Assembly (NCBI GenBank): GCA_963775425.1
Contig: CAVZJB010000004.1
Coordinates: 160,001 to 224,000, forward strand
From: an uncultured delta proteobacterium
GTDB taxonomy: Bacteria > Myxococcota > UBA727 > VGSZ01
DNA: 64,000 nt
Reading direction: 5' to 3'
Shown here: positions 41,585 through 52,619 of the stretch, one piece after another
Numbering within the stretch: the first letter of the stretch is position 1
Layout of the letters: each line of letters opens with the position of its first letter
Notes under the pieces: generated by a model
Database searches by the model: none
Told to the model about the DNA's origin: nothing
The model's input: the letters and a program-made list of their open reading frames with translations, nothing else
Translations under genes and position numbers: made by a program

Positions 41585-44469
41585 CCGCGCGCTCCTGCCG
41601 CGCGTGGCTCGATGACGACCAGCGTCAGTGCCCCGCTCCCGCCGGTGTCGTCGACGCGCCGCGCTGACATCTTGACGGGCGGAGCGTTCGGCGCCACGGC
41701 CTCGACGACGACGTCGGAGAACGGGCCGCCGCCGCGGGCGGTGTCCTCGAGCAGCGTCCACAGCTCGGCGTCTTTGCGGCCGCCCCACACGCGCTCGAGG
41801 GGCTGGCCGAACACGTCGCCCACGGGGAACAGGTCGAAGAACGCGCGGTTCGCCCACATGATCCGCAGCTTGTCGTCGAGCACGAGGAGCGCCTGCGGGA
41901 CGACGGCGAGCACGTCGGCGGCGACGTCCCCAATCTCCCCCGGACCAGCCGCCCGCTCGGTGGCGGGCGCACGCACCAGCTCGATGACCACGCCGCGCAC
42001 GCCGCCCTCGCCCGTGCGATAGGGCATCACGCGCATGGCGTACCAACGACCCTCGACGGAGCGCACCCGCAGCTCCTGGGGCGCGAGCGCCGCGATGACG
42101 GAGGCGATGACGCTCTCGAGGTCGCGCACCATCATCACGGTGCGCACGTAGGCGACCGGGCGGCCCACGTCCGACGGGATGAGGTTCAACAGCTTCTCGG
42201 CCGCGGCGGAGAAGCCGCGGATGCGCATGTCTTCGCCGACGAACAACAACGCCGCGGAGACCGTGGCGAGCGCGTTTTTGAGGTCGTCACCGGTGATCGA
42301 CAGCTGCGTCATGCGGCTCTGCAGCTCGTCGTTGACGGTGGTGAGCTCTTCGTTGGTGGACTGCAGCTCCTCCTTGGACGTCTCGAGCTCCTCGTTCGTC
42401 GACTGCAGCTCCTCGTTGGAGCTCTGCAACTCCTCGTTGGCGCTCTGCAGCTCTTCGTTGGCGACCTCGAGCTCCTCGATGGTGGTCTGCAACGACTCCT
42501 TCGACGCTGCCAGCTCACGCTGGAGCGCCTCCACCTCGGCCTCCACCGCGACGGGCGGCCCCGCCTCGACCGCGACGCCACCGGGCTCATCGCGGAACAG
42601 CACGAGGTAACACGGCGCCGCGCCACCGGTGTCGGCGACCGGCATGACGTCGATGACGACGCTGCGCGCGTCCGATCCCACGGCCATGCGGACCGGCCGC
42701 GAGCTGGCGCTGGTGCCGCTCTTGGCCGACGCGGCGACCGTGGCGCGGGCGACCGGCGCGAGCTCGGGCCGAAGGAGCTTGAGCAGTTGATTGCTGAGGA
42801 CGCCGGGCACGGGCTCGAGGAACGGCCCGGTACGGCCACGGAGCTGGACGACCTCGAGCGTGTCCGTCACCAGCATGCCCGGCGGCGCGTAGCGCTCGAG
42901 CAGCCGCCGGTCGGCGACCTGTTGCACGCTCAGCGGCGTGCGTTGGGCGGCGGGGCCCCCATGACGCTCACGGGGCAGCGCGGCGGCGCGGAGCGCGCCC
43001 GGGTCGAAGGCGCGCCCGAGGTGCGCGTTGTGCTTCGTGTAGATCTTCAACTTGCGGTCGGCGAGGCTGAAGAGGTCGTCCGCCTCGCTGACGGACTCGG
43101 ACAGCCCGAGCACCAGCGCGCCCCCGGGGTTGAGCGCATAGTGGAAGACGCGGAGCACGCGTCGCTGCGCGTGCGGCTGCAGGTAGATGAGGACATTTCG
43201 ACAACTGATGACGTCGAGGCGCGAAAACGGTGGATCCCGGACGAGGTCGTGGCGCGCGAACACCACCATGTCCCGGATGCGCCGGCTCACCCGGTAGCCG
43301 CGCTCGTCGACGACGAAGTAGCGCTGAAGGCGCTCCGTCGAGACCTCCGCCTCGATGCTCTTCGGGTAGACGGCGTGGCGCGCGCGATCGAGGGCCGCCT
43401 CGTCGATGTCGGTGGCGAAGATCTGCACCGGTTGGGCGGGCGCGTGCTCCCCGAGGAGCTCCAGCGCGCAGATGGCGATCGAGTACGCCTCCTCGCCGGT
43501 GGCGCAGCCGGGGACCCAGACGCGCAGCGGGACCTCGGCCGCCCGCCCCTCGAGGAGCGCCGGCAGCACCCGCTCCTCGAGCGCCTTGAACACGTCGGGG
43601 TCGCGGAAGAAGCTGCTGACCCCGATGAGGAGGTCGCCGAACAGGAGACCGAGCTCGGAGGGGTTCTTGTCGAGGTAACGGACGTAGCTCTCGAGCGTGT
43701 CGAGGCGCAGCAGCGCCAGGCGCCGATAGAGGCGCCGCTCGATGGTCCCGCGCTTGTATGCGGCGAAGTCGACGCCGATGGCGACGCGCAGCTTGTTGAA
43801 GACGGTGGCGAGCGCGTCGGCGGGGAGCGGCAGGTCGTGCTCGAGGGCCACATACGGGTGGATGCCGAGCCGCATGAGCTCGTCGCCAATCTCGGCGGGC
43901 GTCAGGCAGAAGTCGACGACGCCCGCGTTGAGCGCCGACTGCGGCATCGAGCGAGCGCCCGCCGTGGACGGCTCCTGCGCGAAGGTGATGCCGCCCTCCT
44001 CCTTGATGGCGCGCAGGCCGAGCGTCCCGTCGTTGGCGGCGCCGCTCAACACCACGCCGATCGCGCGGCGCCCGCGCTCCGCCGCGAGGGAGCGCAGGAA
44101 GACGTCGATGGTGTGCCGGGGGGGCGTGCGATCCACCGGCCTGTTGAGGCGCAGGTGACCGTTGCGGAGGAGCACATCGACGTTCGGCGGCGCCACGTAC
44201 ACGTGGCCGCGCTCGACGAGCACGCCGTCCTCGATCTCCACGACCTTCATCCCCGTGGCGCGCGCGAGGATCTCCGGCAGCGAGCTCACATGATCGGGCG
44301 AGAGGTGCTGGACGACGACGACCGCGAGCTCGCCGCGCGAGACCCGGCCGAGGAGGACCTCGAGCGCGTCGAGGCCTCCGGCGGACGCGCCGACGCCGAC
44401 GATGGTGACGTCGGCCGGACCTGTCTGTTCGGGGGCATCCCCGGAGGCGCCCTGCTTCCTCGCGGCCAT
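41581..44469 (-). CDS. CheB/CheR fusion protein with coiled coil and PAS domains
   Basis: GASAGG, VQHL, PGCATGEEAYS, CRNVLIY, EELQSTN heptads. Confidence 0.95.
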   Translation of the reverse strand: MAARKQGASGDAPEQTGPADVTIVGVGASAGGLDALEVLLGRVSRGELAVVVVQHLSPDHVSSLPEILARATGMKVVEIEDGVLVERGHVYVAPPNVDVLLRNGHLRLNRPVDRTPPRHTIDVFLRSLAAERGRRAIGVVLSGAANDGTLGLRAIKEEGGITFAQEPSTAGARSMPQSALNAGVVDFCLTPAEIGDELMRLGIHPYVALEHDLPLPADALATVFNKLRVAIGVDFAAYKRGTIERRLYRRLALLRLDTLESYVRYLDKNPSELGLLFGDLLIGVSSFFRDPDVFKALEERVLPALLEGRAAEVPLRVWVPGCATGEEAYSIAICALELLGEHAPAQPVQIFATDIDEAALDRARHAVYPKSIEAEVSTERLQRYFVVDERGYRVSRRIRDMVVFARHDLVRDPPFSRLDVISCRNVLIYLQPHAQRRVLRVFHYALNPGGALVLGLSESVSEADDLFSLADRKLKIYTKHNAHLGRAFDPGALRAAALPRERHGGPAAQRTPLSVQQVADRRLLERYAPPGMLVTDTLEVVQLRGRTGPFLEPVPGVLSNQLLKLLRPELAPVARATVAASAKSGTSASSRPVRMAVGSDARSVVIDVMPVADTGGAAPCYLVLFRDEPGGVAVEAGPPVAVEAEVEALQRELAASKESLQTTIEELEVANEELQSANEELQSSNEELQSTNEELETSKEELQSTNEELTTVNDELQSRMTQLSITGDDLKNALATVSAALLFVGEDMRIRGFSAAAEKLLNLIPSDVGRPVAYVRTVMMVRDLESVIASVIAALAPQELRVRSVEGRWYAMRVMPYRTGEGGVRGVVIELVRAPATERAAGPGEIGDVAADVLAVVPQALLVLDDKLRIMWANRAFFDLFPVGDVFGQPLERVWGGRKDAELWTLLEDTARGGGPFSDVVVEAVAPNAPPVKMSARRVDDTGGSGALTLVVIEPRAAGARG

Positions 44470-44729
44470 CCCGCCCCCAATTTCGCTGCGCGGCGCGTGT
44501 TGCTTGCGGCCGCGACCGTCCAGGCTGCCTATACCGTTCGCACCCGCGCGCTTCCGCAAGAATCGTCCGCGGCGGGCCTCCGGACGCCGATCACAAACGT
44601 CCGGCTCGCGACGTCGCTCGACGTGAGGAGGATCCCCGCGGCGCACGTCGCGCGCCGCGGGTCCGGGCCACGATGACGACGCGCGCCGCGGCGCCCGGCT
44701 CGCGCGCGCCGCGGTGGTATCGTCGACGC

Positions 44730-45911
<1,182 letters not shown>

Positions 45912-46011
45912 GCCCCACGATGACCAAGCTCGCCGCCGTCCTGCTCGTCGTCGAGGCCGCGGTCGTCACATGGGGCCACGTCGTCGCCGGCCCTGCGAAC
46001 GGGGGGACGCC

Positions 46012-47100
46012 GTGACGCTCCGCCCCCTCGTGCTCGGCGCGCGCGCAGCCGGGGCGCGGCTCGAGCGCATGCAGGCCTCGGAGCGCTTCCGCGAGGGGCG
46101 CTTCTGGAACATCGCGCCGGGCGTGATGGAGAAGGCGCCGGGCGTCGCCGTGCTCGGCGAGTACTTCTTCGGCGGCAACGAGCGCGTGCCCAGGAAGCCG
46201 CTGCCGGTCGTCGACGACACGCTCGCGCGCCTCGCGCGCCCCGCCGACGACGGCCTGCGGCTCACGTGGCTCGGGCACTCCACCGTGCTCGTGGAGCTCG
46301 ATGGCGTTCGCCTGCTCACCGACCCGGTGTTCGGCTCGCACGCGTCACCGTCGACGATGTTCGGTCCCAAGCGCTTCCACCCGCCGCCGGTGGCGCTCGA
46401 CGCGCTGCCGCCGCTCGACGCCGTGGTGATCTCGCACGACCACTACGACCACCTGTGCATGCCGTCCATCCGCGCGCTCGCCGCGGGGGCGTCGGGCTTC
46501 ACGGGACCCTTCATCATGCCGCTCGGCGTGGGCGCGCACCTCGAGGCCTGGGGGGTGCCACCGGAGCGCATCGTCGAGCGCGAGTGGGGCGAGCACGTCG
46601 ACGTCGCCGGCGCGCCCGGGAGCGCCGCCGGCGGGGGCCGCGCCGAGGCCCGCCTCGTCGCCACGCCCGCGCAGCACTTCTCCGGGCGCGGGCCGCGCGA
46701 CCGGTTCAGCACGCTGTGGTGCGGCTGGGCCATGCTCGGACGGCGACACCGCGTGTTCTTCTCCGGTGACACCGGCCTGTGCGACGACTTCGCTGCGGTC
46801 GGACGTGCTTACGGGCCGTTCGACGTCGCCATGTTCGAGATCGGCGCCTGGCACCCGGCGTGGGGCGACATCCACCTCGGCCCCGACAACGCCGCCGTCG
46901 CCTTCGGCATGCTCGGCGCCAAGGCGCTGCTCCCTGTGCACTGGGGCACGTTCAACCTCGCGCTCCACGACTGGAACGAGCCCATCGAGACCCTGTCGGC
47001 GCGCGCCGAGGCCGACGGTCTGCTCGTGCTCGCGCCCCGCCTGGGCCAACCCGCGGAGCCCTCCGTCGAGGAGCACTACGCGCCGTGGTGGCGTCTGTGA
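46012..47100 (+). CDS. MBL-fold metallohydrolase (RomA/NAPE-PLD-like)
   Basis: WLGHST, LTDPVF, SHDHYDH, PAQHFSGR, SGDTG, PVHWGTF. Confidence 0.92.
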   Translation: MTLRPLVLGARAAGARLERMQASERFREGRFWNIAPGVMEKAPGVAVLGEYFFGGNERVPRKPLPVVDDTLARLARPADDGLRLTWLGHSTVLVELDGVRLLTDPVFGSHASPSTMFGPKRFHPPPVALDALPPLDAVVISHDHYDHLCMPSIRALAAGASGFTGPFIMPLGVGAHLEAWGVPPERIVEREWGEHVDVAGAPGSAAGGGRAEARLVATPAQHFSGRGPRDRFSTLWCGWAMLGRRHRVFFSGDTGLCDDFAAVGRAYGPFDVAMFEIGAWHPAWGDIHLGPDNAAVAFGMLGAKALLPVHWGTFNLALHDWNEPIETLSARAEADGLLVLAPRLGQPAEPSVEEHYAPWWRL

Positions 47101-47174
47101 CGGTCGCGCGGTCGGCGACGAACGTGCCGGTCGACGCCCTTGACCGCGGGGGGCAGGAAAGGAACGTTCCCTCC

Positions 47175-47561
47175 ATGGCCCCGGACACCGAAGCCAGGCG
47201 CGTGCTCATCGTCGACGACAGCATCGAGATCGCCGAGCTGACGGCGGAGGCCCTGCGCGAGCTCGGACACGAGGTGCGCATCGCGCACGACGGCAACGCC
47301 GCCCTCGCCACCGCCGCCGACTTCAAGCCCGACGTCGCGCTCCTCGACCTCGGCCTGCCGTCGATGGACGGCTACTCGCTGTGTCGCAAGATGCGCTCGG
47401 CAGGGCTCGTTCCGCGCCTCATCGCGCTCACCGGCTACAGCCAGCCCGACGACAAGGAGCGCACGCGCAGCGCGGGCTTCGAGCTGCACCTCGTCAAGCC
47501 CGTCGACCTCGACGTGCTCCACCGCGCCGTCGTCGGGACCGAGGGCGCGCCCAGCCGGTGA
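47175..47561 (+). CDS. Single-domain response regulator
   Basis: VLIVDD, LLDLGLPSMDG, ALTG, HLVKP. Confidence 0.92.
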   Translation: MAPDTEARRVLIVDDSIEIAELTAEALRELGHEVRIAHDGNAALATAADFKPDVALLDLGLPSMDGYSLCRKMRSAGLVPRLIALTGYSQPDDKERTRSAGFELHLVKPVDLDVLHRAVVGTEGAPSR

Positions 47562-47568
47562 CGCCGGG

Positions 47569-48726
47569 TCACACGCGATCGGTGTCGATGGAAGGGTCGG
47601 TGACGGGCCCGGGGTCGAACGCGTCGGGCATGTCGTCGCGGTCGACCTCGCAGGCGAGCACGGCGCCGCGCGGCAACGACCCCGTGAGCTCCGCCAGCGC
47701 GTCGTTCACGCGGCGCAACAGCGCGCTCTTCTCCCGGTAGGGCAAAAACGCGCTCTTGAAGCCCTGCACGATGAGCACCTTCAGCTCCTCGAGGGTGAAG
47801 CCGAGCTTCTCGTGCGCGAGCCAGAGCTCCTGCGACACCGTGGTGTCGGTGATGAGGCGGTTGTCGGTGTTGAGCGACACGCGCACACCGACGTCGAAGA
47901 ACAGGCGCAGCGGGTGGTGGGCGAGGTCGTCGACGACGCTGGTCTGGAAGTTCGACGACAAGCAGACCTCGAGCGGGATGCGGCGGTCGGTGACGTAGGC
48001 GAGCAGATCGCCGTCTTCGCCGAGCCGGGTGCCGTGGCCGATGCGGTGGGCGCCGCAGTAGTGCAGCGCCTGCTTGATGCTCGCGGGGCCGTAGGCCTCG
48101 CCGGCGTGCACCGTGGTGTTCATGTTGTTGTCGAGGACGAGCGCGAAGCTCGCCTGGTGGTCCTTGGCGGGGTTCCCGGCCTCGCCGCCGGCAAGGTCGA
48201 AGGCCACCACGCCCTTGCGCTTGTACGCCACCGCGAGCTCCGCGAGCCGGAACGAGTCGCGCGGGTCCATGTTGCGGATGCCGCAGAGGATGACGCCGGT
48301 GGTGATGTCGTGTTGCCGCCCGGCCCGCTGCAGCCCGGCGAGCACCGCCTCGTTCACCCGGGCCAGCGACAGCCCACGCCGGGTGTGCAGGATGGGCGCG
48401 TAGCGCACCTCGAGGTGCCAGACGTTCTCGGCGGCGGCGTCGCAGGCGAGCTCGAAGGCGACGCGCTCGAGGGCCTCCTCGGTCTGCAGCACGCTGCAGG
48501 TGACGTCGAACGCCTTGAGGTACTCGACGAGATCCTTGCAGCGCTCACCCTTGTGGATGGCGCGCGCGAGCCCCTCCTCGTCGGACGCGGGCAGCTTCAC
48601 GCGCTGCTTCTCGGCGAGCTCCAGGATGGTCTTGAGCCGCATGCTGCCGTCGAGGTGGCAGTGCAGGTCGGTCTTGGGCACCTGCTGGAGGAGCTCGCGC
48701 GTGATGGTCGGGTGGCCGTTCTTCAT
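47569..48726 (-). CDS. add: Adenosine deaminase
   Basis: PKTDLHCHLDGS, HAGE, RIGHG, NTDN. Confidence 0.94.
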   Translation of the reverse strand: MKNGHPTITRELLQQVPKTDLHCHLDGSMRLKTILELAEKQRVKLPASDEEGLARAIHKGERCKDLVEYLKAFDVTCSVLQTEEALERVAFELACDAAAENVWHLEVRYAPILHTRRGLSLARVNEAVLAGLQRAGRQHDITTGVILCGIRNMDPRDSFRLAELAVAYKRKGVVAFDLAGGEAGNPAKDHQASFALVLDNNMNTTVHAGEAYGPASIKQALHYCGAHRIGHGTRLGEDGDLLAYVTDRRIPLEVCLSSNFQTSVVDDLAHHPLRLFFDVGVRVSLNTDNRLITDTTVSQELWLAHEKLGFTLEELKVLIVQGFKSAFLPYREKSALLRRVNDALAELTGSLPRGAVLACEVDRDDMPDAFDPGPVTDPSIDTDRV

Positions 48727-50123
48727 CTCTTCTCACTCCGGCGGCGCAGGAAGTCCGCTTCGATCCGCTCGAGGTCCTCCGCGGTGACGGCGTCGTCCTC
48801 GCCGGCGGCGAAGGCACGAAACCCCTCGTCGCTCTTGCGAAACGAGCTCGGGCGCAGGTCGAACGGAAGCAACTTGAGCATGATGGGAAGCAGAACAAAA
48901 CCACCCGGGAGCGCAAAGACCGCCAGGCTCGGGACGGCCCGCACGACATCGAAGAGCTGCTCGCGCATGCGCTTCTTCTCCTCGCGCGTCAGCCGGTTGC
49001 CCGCGGCGCGCTTGGCCAGCAGGAACGCGAGGTCGCCCGTCTCGCGCACCTCGTGCCAGAGCGCGTCGACGTTGTCGAAGACGGCGCGGGCGACGCGGGT
49101 GGCGGCGGGCGCGCCGGCGCCGGCGCCGGCGGCGGCGAAGCCGGCGGCATGGGCGAGCGGATCGACGGTCTCCGGGTGCCTGCGGACGAACGCGATCACC
49201 CGCCGCTCGACGCGCGTGCGCCGCGCGGGCGACATGCCGAGCGCCCCGCCGAGGCCAAGGAGCAGCTCGCGCTCCTCGGGAGACACGCGGCCGTCGACGC
49301 AGGCCGCGAGGGACGCGTGCAGGTAGACGCGCTCCTGGGCGCCGGCGGGCACGAGCGTGGCGAGCCGCGAAGGCTCGGCGGGCCGGGTGGTCTGCTCGAG
49401 GAGGGCCGCGGTCTCGACGCGGGAGAGGCCGAGCGAACGGACCTGCCACAGGGCCGCGGTCTTGACGTCGGCGGCGTCGGCGCCCTCGCGCCACTCCGAG
49501 AGGAGCGCGACGGCGGCGAGGGTGGCGAGGCGCTCGGCGGCCAGGCGCGTCTGGAGGGCGCTCGCCTCCTCCTTGAGCGGCACGCGGCCGTAGACGTCGA
49601 CGACGGCGTGCACGAGCGCCAGCGAATCAACCGCGGTGAAGGCGTGGTTGAGCAGCAGGCCAACGATGGGGTTGCCCTGCAGGTAGCGCCGCTTCTGGAG
49701 CTCCCGCGCGATCTGCTCGAGCGCCTTGTCGCAGCGGGCGGGGACGGCGCCGAGCGCGAGCGCCTGGGCGTCCTCGTCGCCGCCGTAGACGAGGGCGAGG
49801 GCGGCGCCGAGCGCGCGGGCGCGGCGGGCGGCGGCGTCGGCGGGCGAGGTGCCCGGGGCGTCGAGGACGTGGCCGACGAGGTCGACGTGGTCGGCCAACA
49901 CCGCGAGCCAGCGCACGAGGGCGATGAGGTCGCCGGCCCCCTTGCTGAGCTGCTGCTCCCGGCGCAGCAGGGGGGCCCCGAGCGCGAGCCCGCGGTGGTG
50001 CGCAGACGCCAGCACGAGGCGCCGCGCGTGCACTCGCGTACGAAACCGCTCGGGCGCGCGCGCCACGGGCCGCGCGAACGCCTCCTCGAGGAACTGCGCG
50101 AGCCAGTGCTTCGGCGCCGTCAC
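48723..50123 (-). CDS. TerB-like plus LETM1-like domain protein (start uncertain)
   Basis: ACVDGRVSPEERELL; LTREEKKRMREQLFDVVRAVPSLAVFALPGG..LLP..LRPSSF. Confidence 0.7.
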   Translation of the reverse strand: MTAPKHWLAQFLEEAFARPVARAPERFRTRVHARRLVLASAHHRGLALGAPLLRREQQLSKGAGDLIALVRWLAVLADHVDLVGHVLDAPGTSPADAAARRARALGAALALVYGGDEDAQALALGAVPARCDKALEQIARELQKRRYLQGNPIVGLLLNHAFTAVDSLALVHAVVDVYGRVPLKEEASALQTRLAAERLATLAAVALLSEWREGADAADVKTAALWQVRSLGLSRVETAALLEQTTRPAEPSRLATLVPAGAQERVYLHASLAACVDGRVSPEERELLLGLGGALGMSPARRTRVERRVIAFVRRHPETVDPLAHAAGFAAAGAGAGAPAATRVARAVFDNVDALWHEVRETGDLAFLLAKRAAGNRLTREEKKRMREQLFDVVRAVPSLAVFALPGGFVLLPIMLKLLPFDLRPSSFRKSDEGFRAFAAGEDDAVTAEDLERIEADFLRRRSEKR

Positions 50124-50214
50124 GACGTCACCCCGGCCGCGGTCCGGCCGCCGCGCCACGACGAACGCGCTCGCGCACGGCGCTCCCCTCCGGCGCCCGC
50201 GGCGGAGCGCGGGG

Positions 50215-51216
50215 TCATCGGAGCGCCTCGTCGAGGCGGAGGAGGTCGGCGGGCAACGGCGCCTCGAAGCGCAACTGTGTCCCGGTGCGCGGGTGCGCGA
50301 GCGCCAGCGTGGCCGCGTGGAGCGCCTGCCGCTTCAGCGCGGCGACGGCGTCGTGGACGGCGCCGGGCCGCAGGCGCTTCTCCGCGTGACCGCCGCCGTA
50401 GAGCGCGTCCTGCGCGAGCGGGTGCCCGATGTCCGCGAGGTGCGCGCGGATCTGGTGCGTGCGCCCGGTGAGGAGCTCCACGTCGAGGGCGCTCACGCCG
50501 TCAATCGACGCCGTAACGACGAAGCGCGAGCGCGCCAGGCGCCCGCCCGAAGCTTCGGTCGGCGGCGGCACCTTGGTGGTGAACCGCCGCCTGTCGCCCG
50601 TCGCGCGGCGGTGGCCCGTGACGAGCTCGAAGGCGTCCTCGCGCGGCCGGCCGAGGCAGTACGCGCGGTAGCGCTTGTCCACCCGCCGCTCGGCGAACGC
50701 GCGCGCCGTGGCCGCGAGCGACGCGTCGTTCTTGCAGACGACGAGGACGCCCGACGTGTCCTTGTCGAGCCGGTGCACGATGCCGGGGCGCCGCTCGCCG
50801 CCGACGGCGACGCCGGGGCAGCGAAACAGGACCGCGTTGGCCACCGTGCCGTCGGGGTTGCCGGCGCCCGGGTGCACCGGCATGCCCGCGGCCTTGTCGA
50901 CGACGAGCAGGTCGTCGTCCTCGTAGAGCACCGCCAGCGGCAGGTCCTGGGGCACGAGCTCGGCGGGCGCCGGCGCGGGCTCCACCACGCAGACGACCTC
51001 CCCGCCTCTGAGCTTGTCGCTCTTCTTGGCGGCGCGCCCGTCGACCGTCACCCGCGCGTCGCCGATGAGCGCGTCGAGCCGCGAGCGGGAGAGGGGCATG
51101 CGGGCGGCGAGGAACGCATCGAGGCGCGCGCCTGCCGCCTCGAGCGGGACGTCGACGGTGGTGGTGGTCGCGCGGTCGTCGTCGTCGAGGTCGTTGTCGA
51201 GGTGGGCGGCTACCAG
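50215..51216 (-). CDS. rluD: RluA/RluD-family pseudouridine synthase (in frame with the upstream small gene)
   Basis: S4-like RLDAFLA..SRS, VDKAAGMPVHP, HRLDKDTSG, TGRTHQIR, RQALHA. Confidence 0.9.
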   Translation of the reverse strand: MVAAHLDNDLDDDDRATTTTVDVPLEAAGARLDAFLAARMPLSRSRLDALIGDARVTVDGRAAKKSDKLRGGEVVCVVEPAPAPAELVPQDLPLAVLYEDDDLLVVDKAAGMPVHPGAGNPDGTVANAVLFRCPGVAVGGERRPGIVHRLDKDTSGVLVVCKNDASLAATARAFAERRVDKRYRAYCLGRPREDAFELVTGHRRATGDRRRFTTKVPPPTEASGGRLARSRFVVTASIDGVSALDVELLTGRTHQIRAHLADIGHPLAQDALYGGGHAEKRLRPGAVHDAVAALKRQALHAATLALAHPRTGTQLRFEAPLPADLLRLDEALR

Positions 51217-51480
51217 AATCTTGGATCGTACGTGGCCCTTGCTCTTGAGGATGATGTCGACGACGGCGCGGTCGAAGAAATTGGTGCGTTCGTACAGCTC
51301 CGGCGACACGCGCGCGCGGTAGAGCTCGCGGCCCTCTTCAATCTCGTCGGAGAGCTCGGTGAACAGCTTGTCCTCGGAGAGCCCGCGGATGATCTTCTCC
51401 TCGTTGTAGAGCGAGATGTCCGACGCGATGGTCCTGGCCAGGCGGATGGCGCGCTCGGGGGTGTCGATGGGTGCTGCCAT
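51210..51480 (-). CDS. Conserved small hypothetical protein (about 90 aa)
   Basis: ERAIRLARTIASDISLYNEEKI...EIEEGRELY...FFDRAVVD..KSKGH; GGAGA RBS. Confidence 0.75.
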
Positions 51481-51500
51481 TGTCTCTCCGGTCTCTCGAA

Positions 51501-52619
51501 TCAGGTGGGCGAGCTCATTCCGTGCTTCTCGACGCAAGCGACGTAGCCGTCGGCGAGGCGCGCGCGGTCGACCCGCAAGACGCGCCCGATCTGCGTGAGG
51601 AAGCCGCGCAGGTACACGCGCGCCGGCAGGTTTTGCAGGTCCTGCTCCTCGATGGCCTTCAGGTACGGCTTCCGGATCTTGGTGGCGTCGGCGAGCTGCT
51701 CGAGCGTGAGCCCGCGCGCCTCGCGGAGCGCGCGCACGGCGGCGCCGTCGATGTCGCCCTCGGGGAGGCCGCCCGTCGACGCCGGCGCCGCCCCGGACGG
51801 GCCCGGCATCGCGGCGTCCGGCGGCTGCGTCGCCGACGCCTCCATCGCCGACGCCTCCATGGACACAGGCCGCGGGGCGTCGCGTTGCGCTTGCATGGAG
51901 GGGACGGTGACGGCGTTGTGCGCGTCGTTCATCACCGGCGCGCTGTGCGCCTCCGCCCTTTCGGGCGCGGAGGGCTCGGGGACGGGGGGCCGGTCTTCGG
52001 TCTTTGGGTCCTCGAAGCGGATGGCAGGCGTGGTGGGCTTGGCCGCGAACGGGTCGGACTCGGCGGCGACCGGCGCGAGGAACTTGAGCCCCGGCGACGA
52101 CACGGTGCGCCTGGGCTCCGCGCTGGGCGGCGAGGAGGCCGTCCAATCCGCGACCGCGAGGATCTCGCGGGCCTCGCGGCTCTCCTGATCGTCGAGCGGC
52201 GCGCGCGCGTCCGCCGACGCGCCCGACGACGTCGACGCGGCCTTCGCCGGCTCCTGCTCGGGGCGCTCCGTGCCGGCGTCGGCGGTGCGCGCCGCCGGCG
52301 CGCGGCCCTGCTCGCGCAGCTTGTCGTCGTAGGCGGCGCGGCGCTCGGGATCGCCGAGGACCTGATACGCGGTCTCGACGTCGGCGCGCGCGCTCTCGGC
52401 GGCGACGGGATCGAGCATCAGATACCCGCCGATGTTCCTGCCCTCGACGAGCGCGATGGCGCGGTCGTAAGCGCGCTTCACCTCGGCGGCGGTGGCGTCG
52501 TGCGCGACCTCGAGGACGTCGTACCAGGTGGAGCCGCCGCGCGGACCGTCGGAGACCCGCTGCTCGAGCGTGTCGTCGTCGCGCTCGCCGTTTTCGGCGC
52601 GGTGAGCCGCTTCGGTCAT
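51501..52619 (-). CDS. J-domain-like plus RodZ-type helix-turn-helix protein
   Basis: WYDVLEV..ATAAEVKRAY..AYQVLGDPERRAAYD; LREARGLTLEQLADATKIR..LKAIEE..LPARVYLRGF. Confidence 0.85.
   Translation of the reverse strand: MTEAAHRAENGERDDDTLEQRVSDGPRGGSTWYDVLEVAHDATAAEVKRAYDRAIALVEGRNIGGYLMLDPVAAESARADVETAYQVLGDPERRAAYDDKLREQGRAPAARTADAGTERPEQEPAKAASTSSGASADARAPLDDQESREAREILAVADWTASSPPSAEPRRTVSSPGLKFLAPVAAESDPFAAKPTTPAIRFEDPKTEDRPPVPEPSAPERAEAHSAPVMNDAHNAVTVPSMQAQRDAPRPVSMEASAMEASATQPPDAAMPGPSGAAPASTGGLPEGDIDGAAVRALREARGLTLEQLADATKIRKPYLKAIEEQDLQNLPARVYLRGFLTQIGRVLRVDRARLADGYVACVEKHGMSSPT

Noticed and set aside
42340-42480. 21-bp repeats in cheBR
   Set aside because: Standard EELQSxN coiled-coil heptads of CheBR proteins
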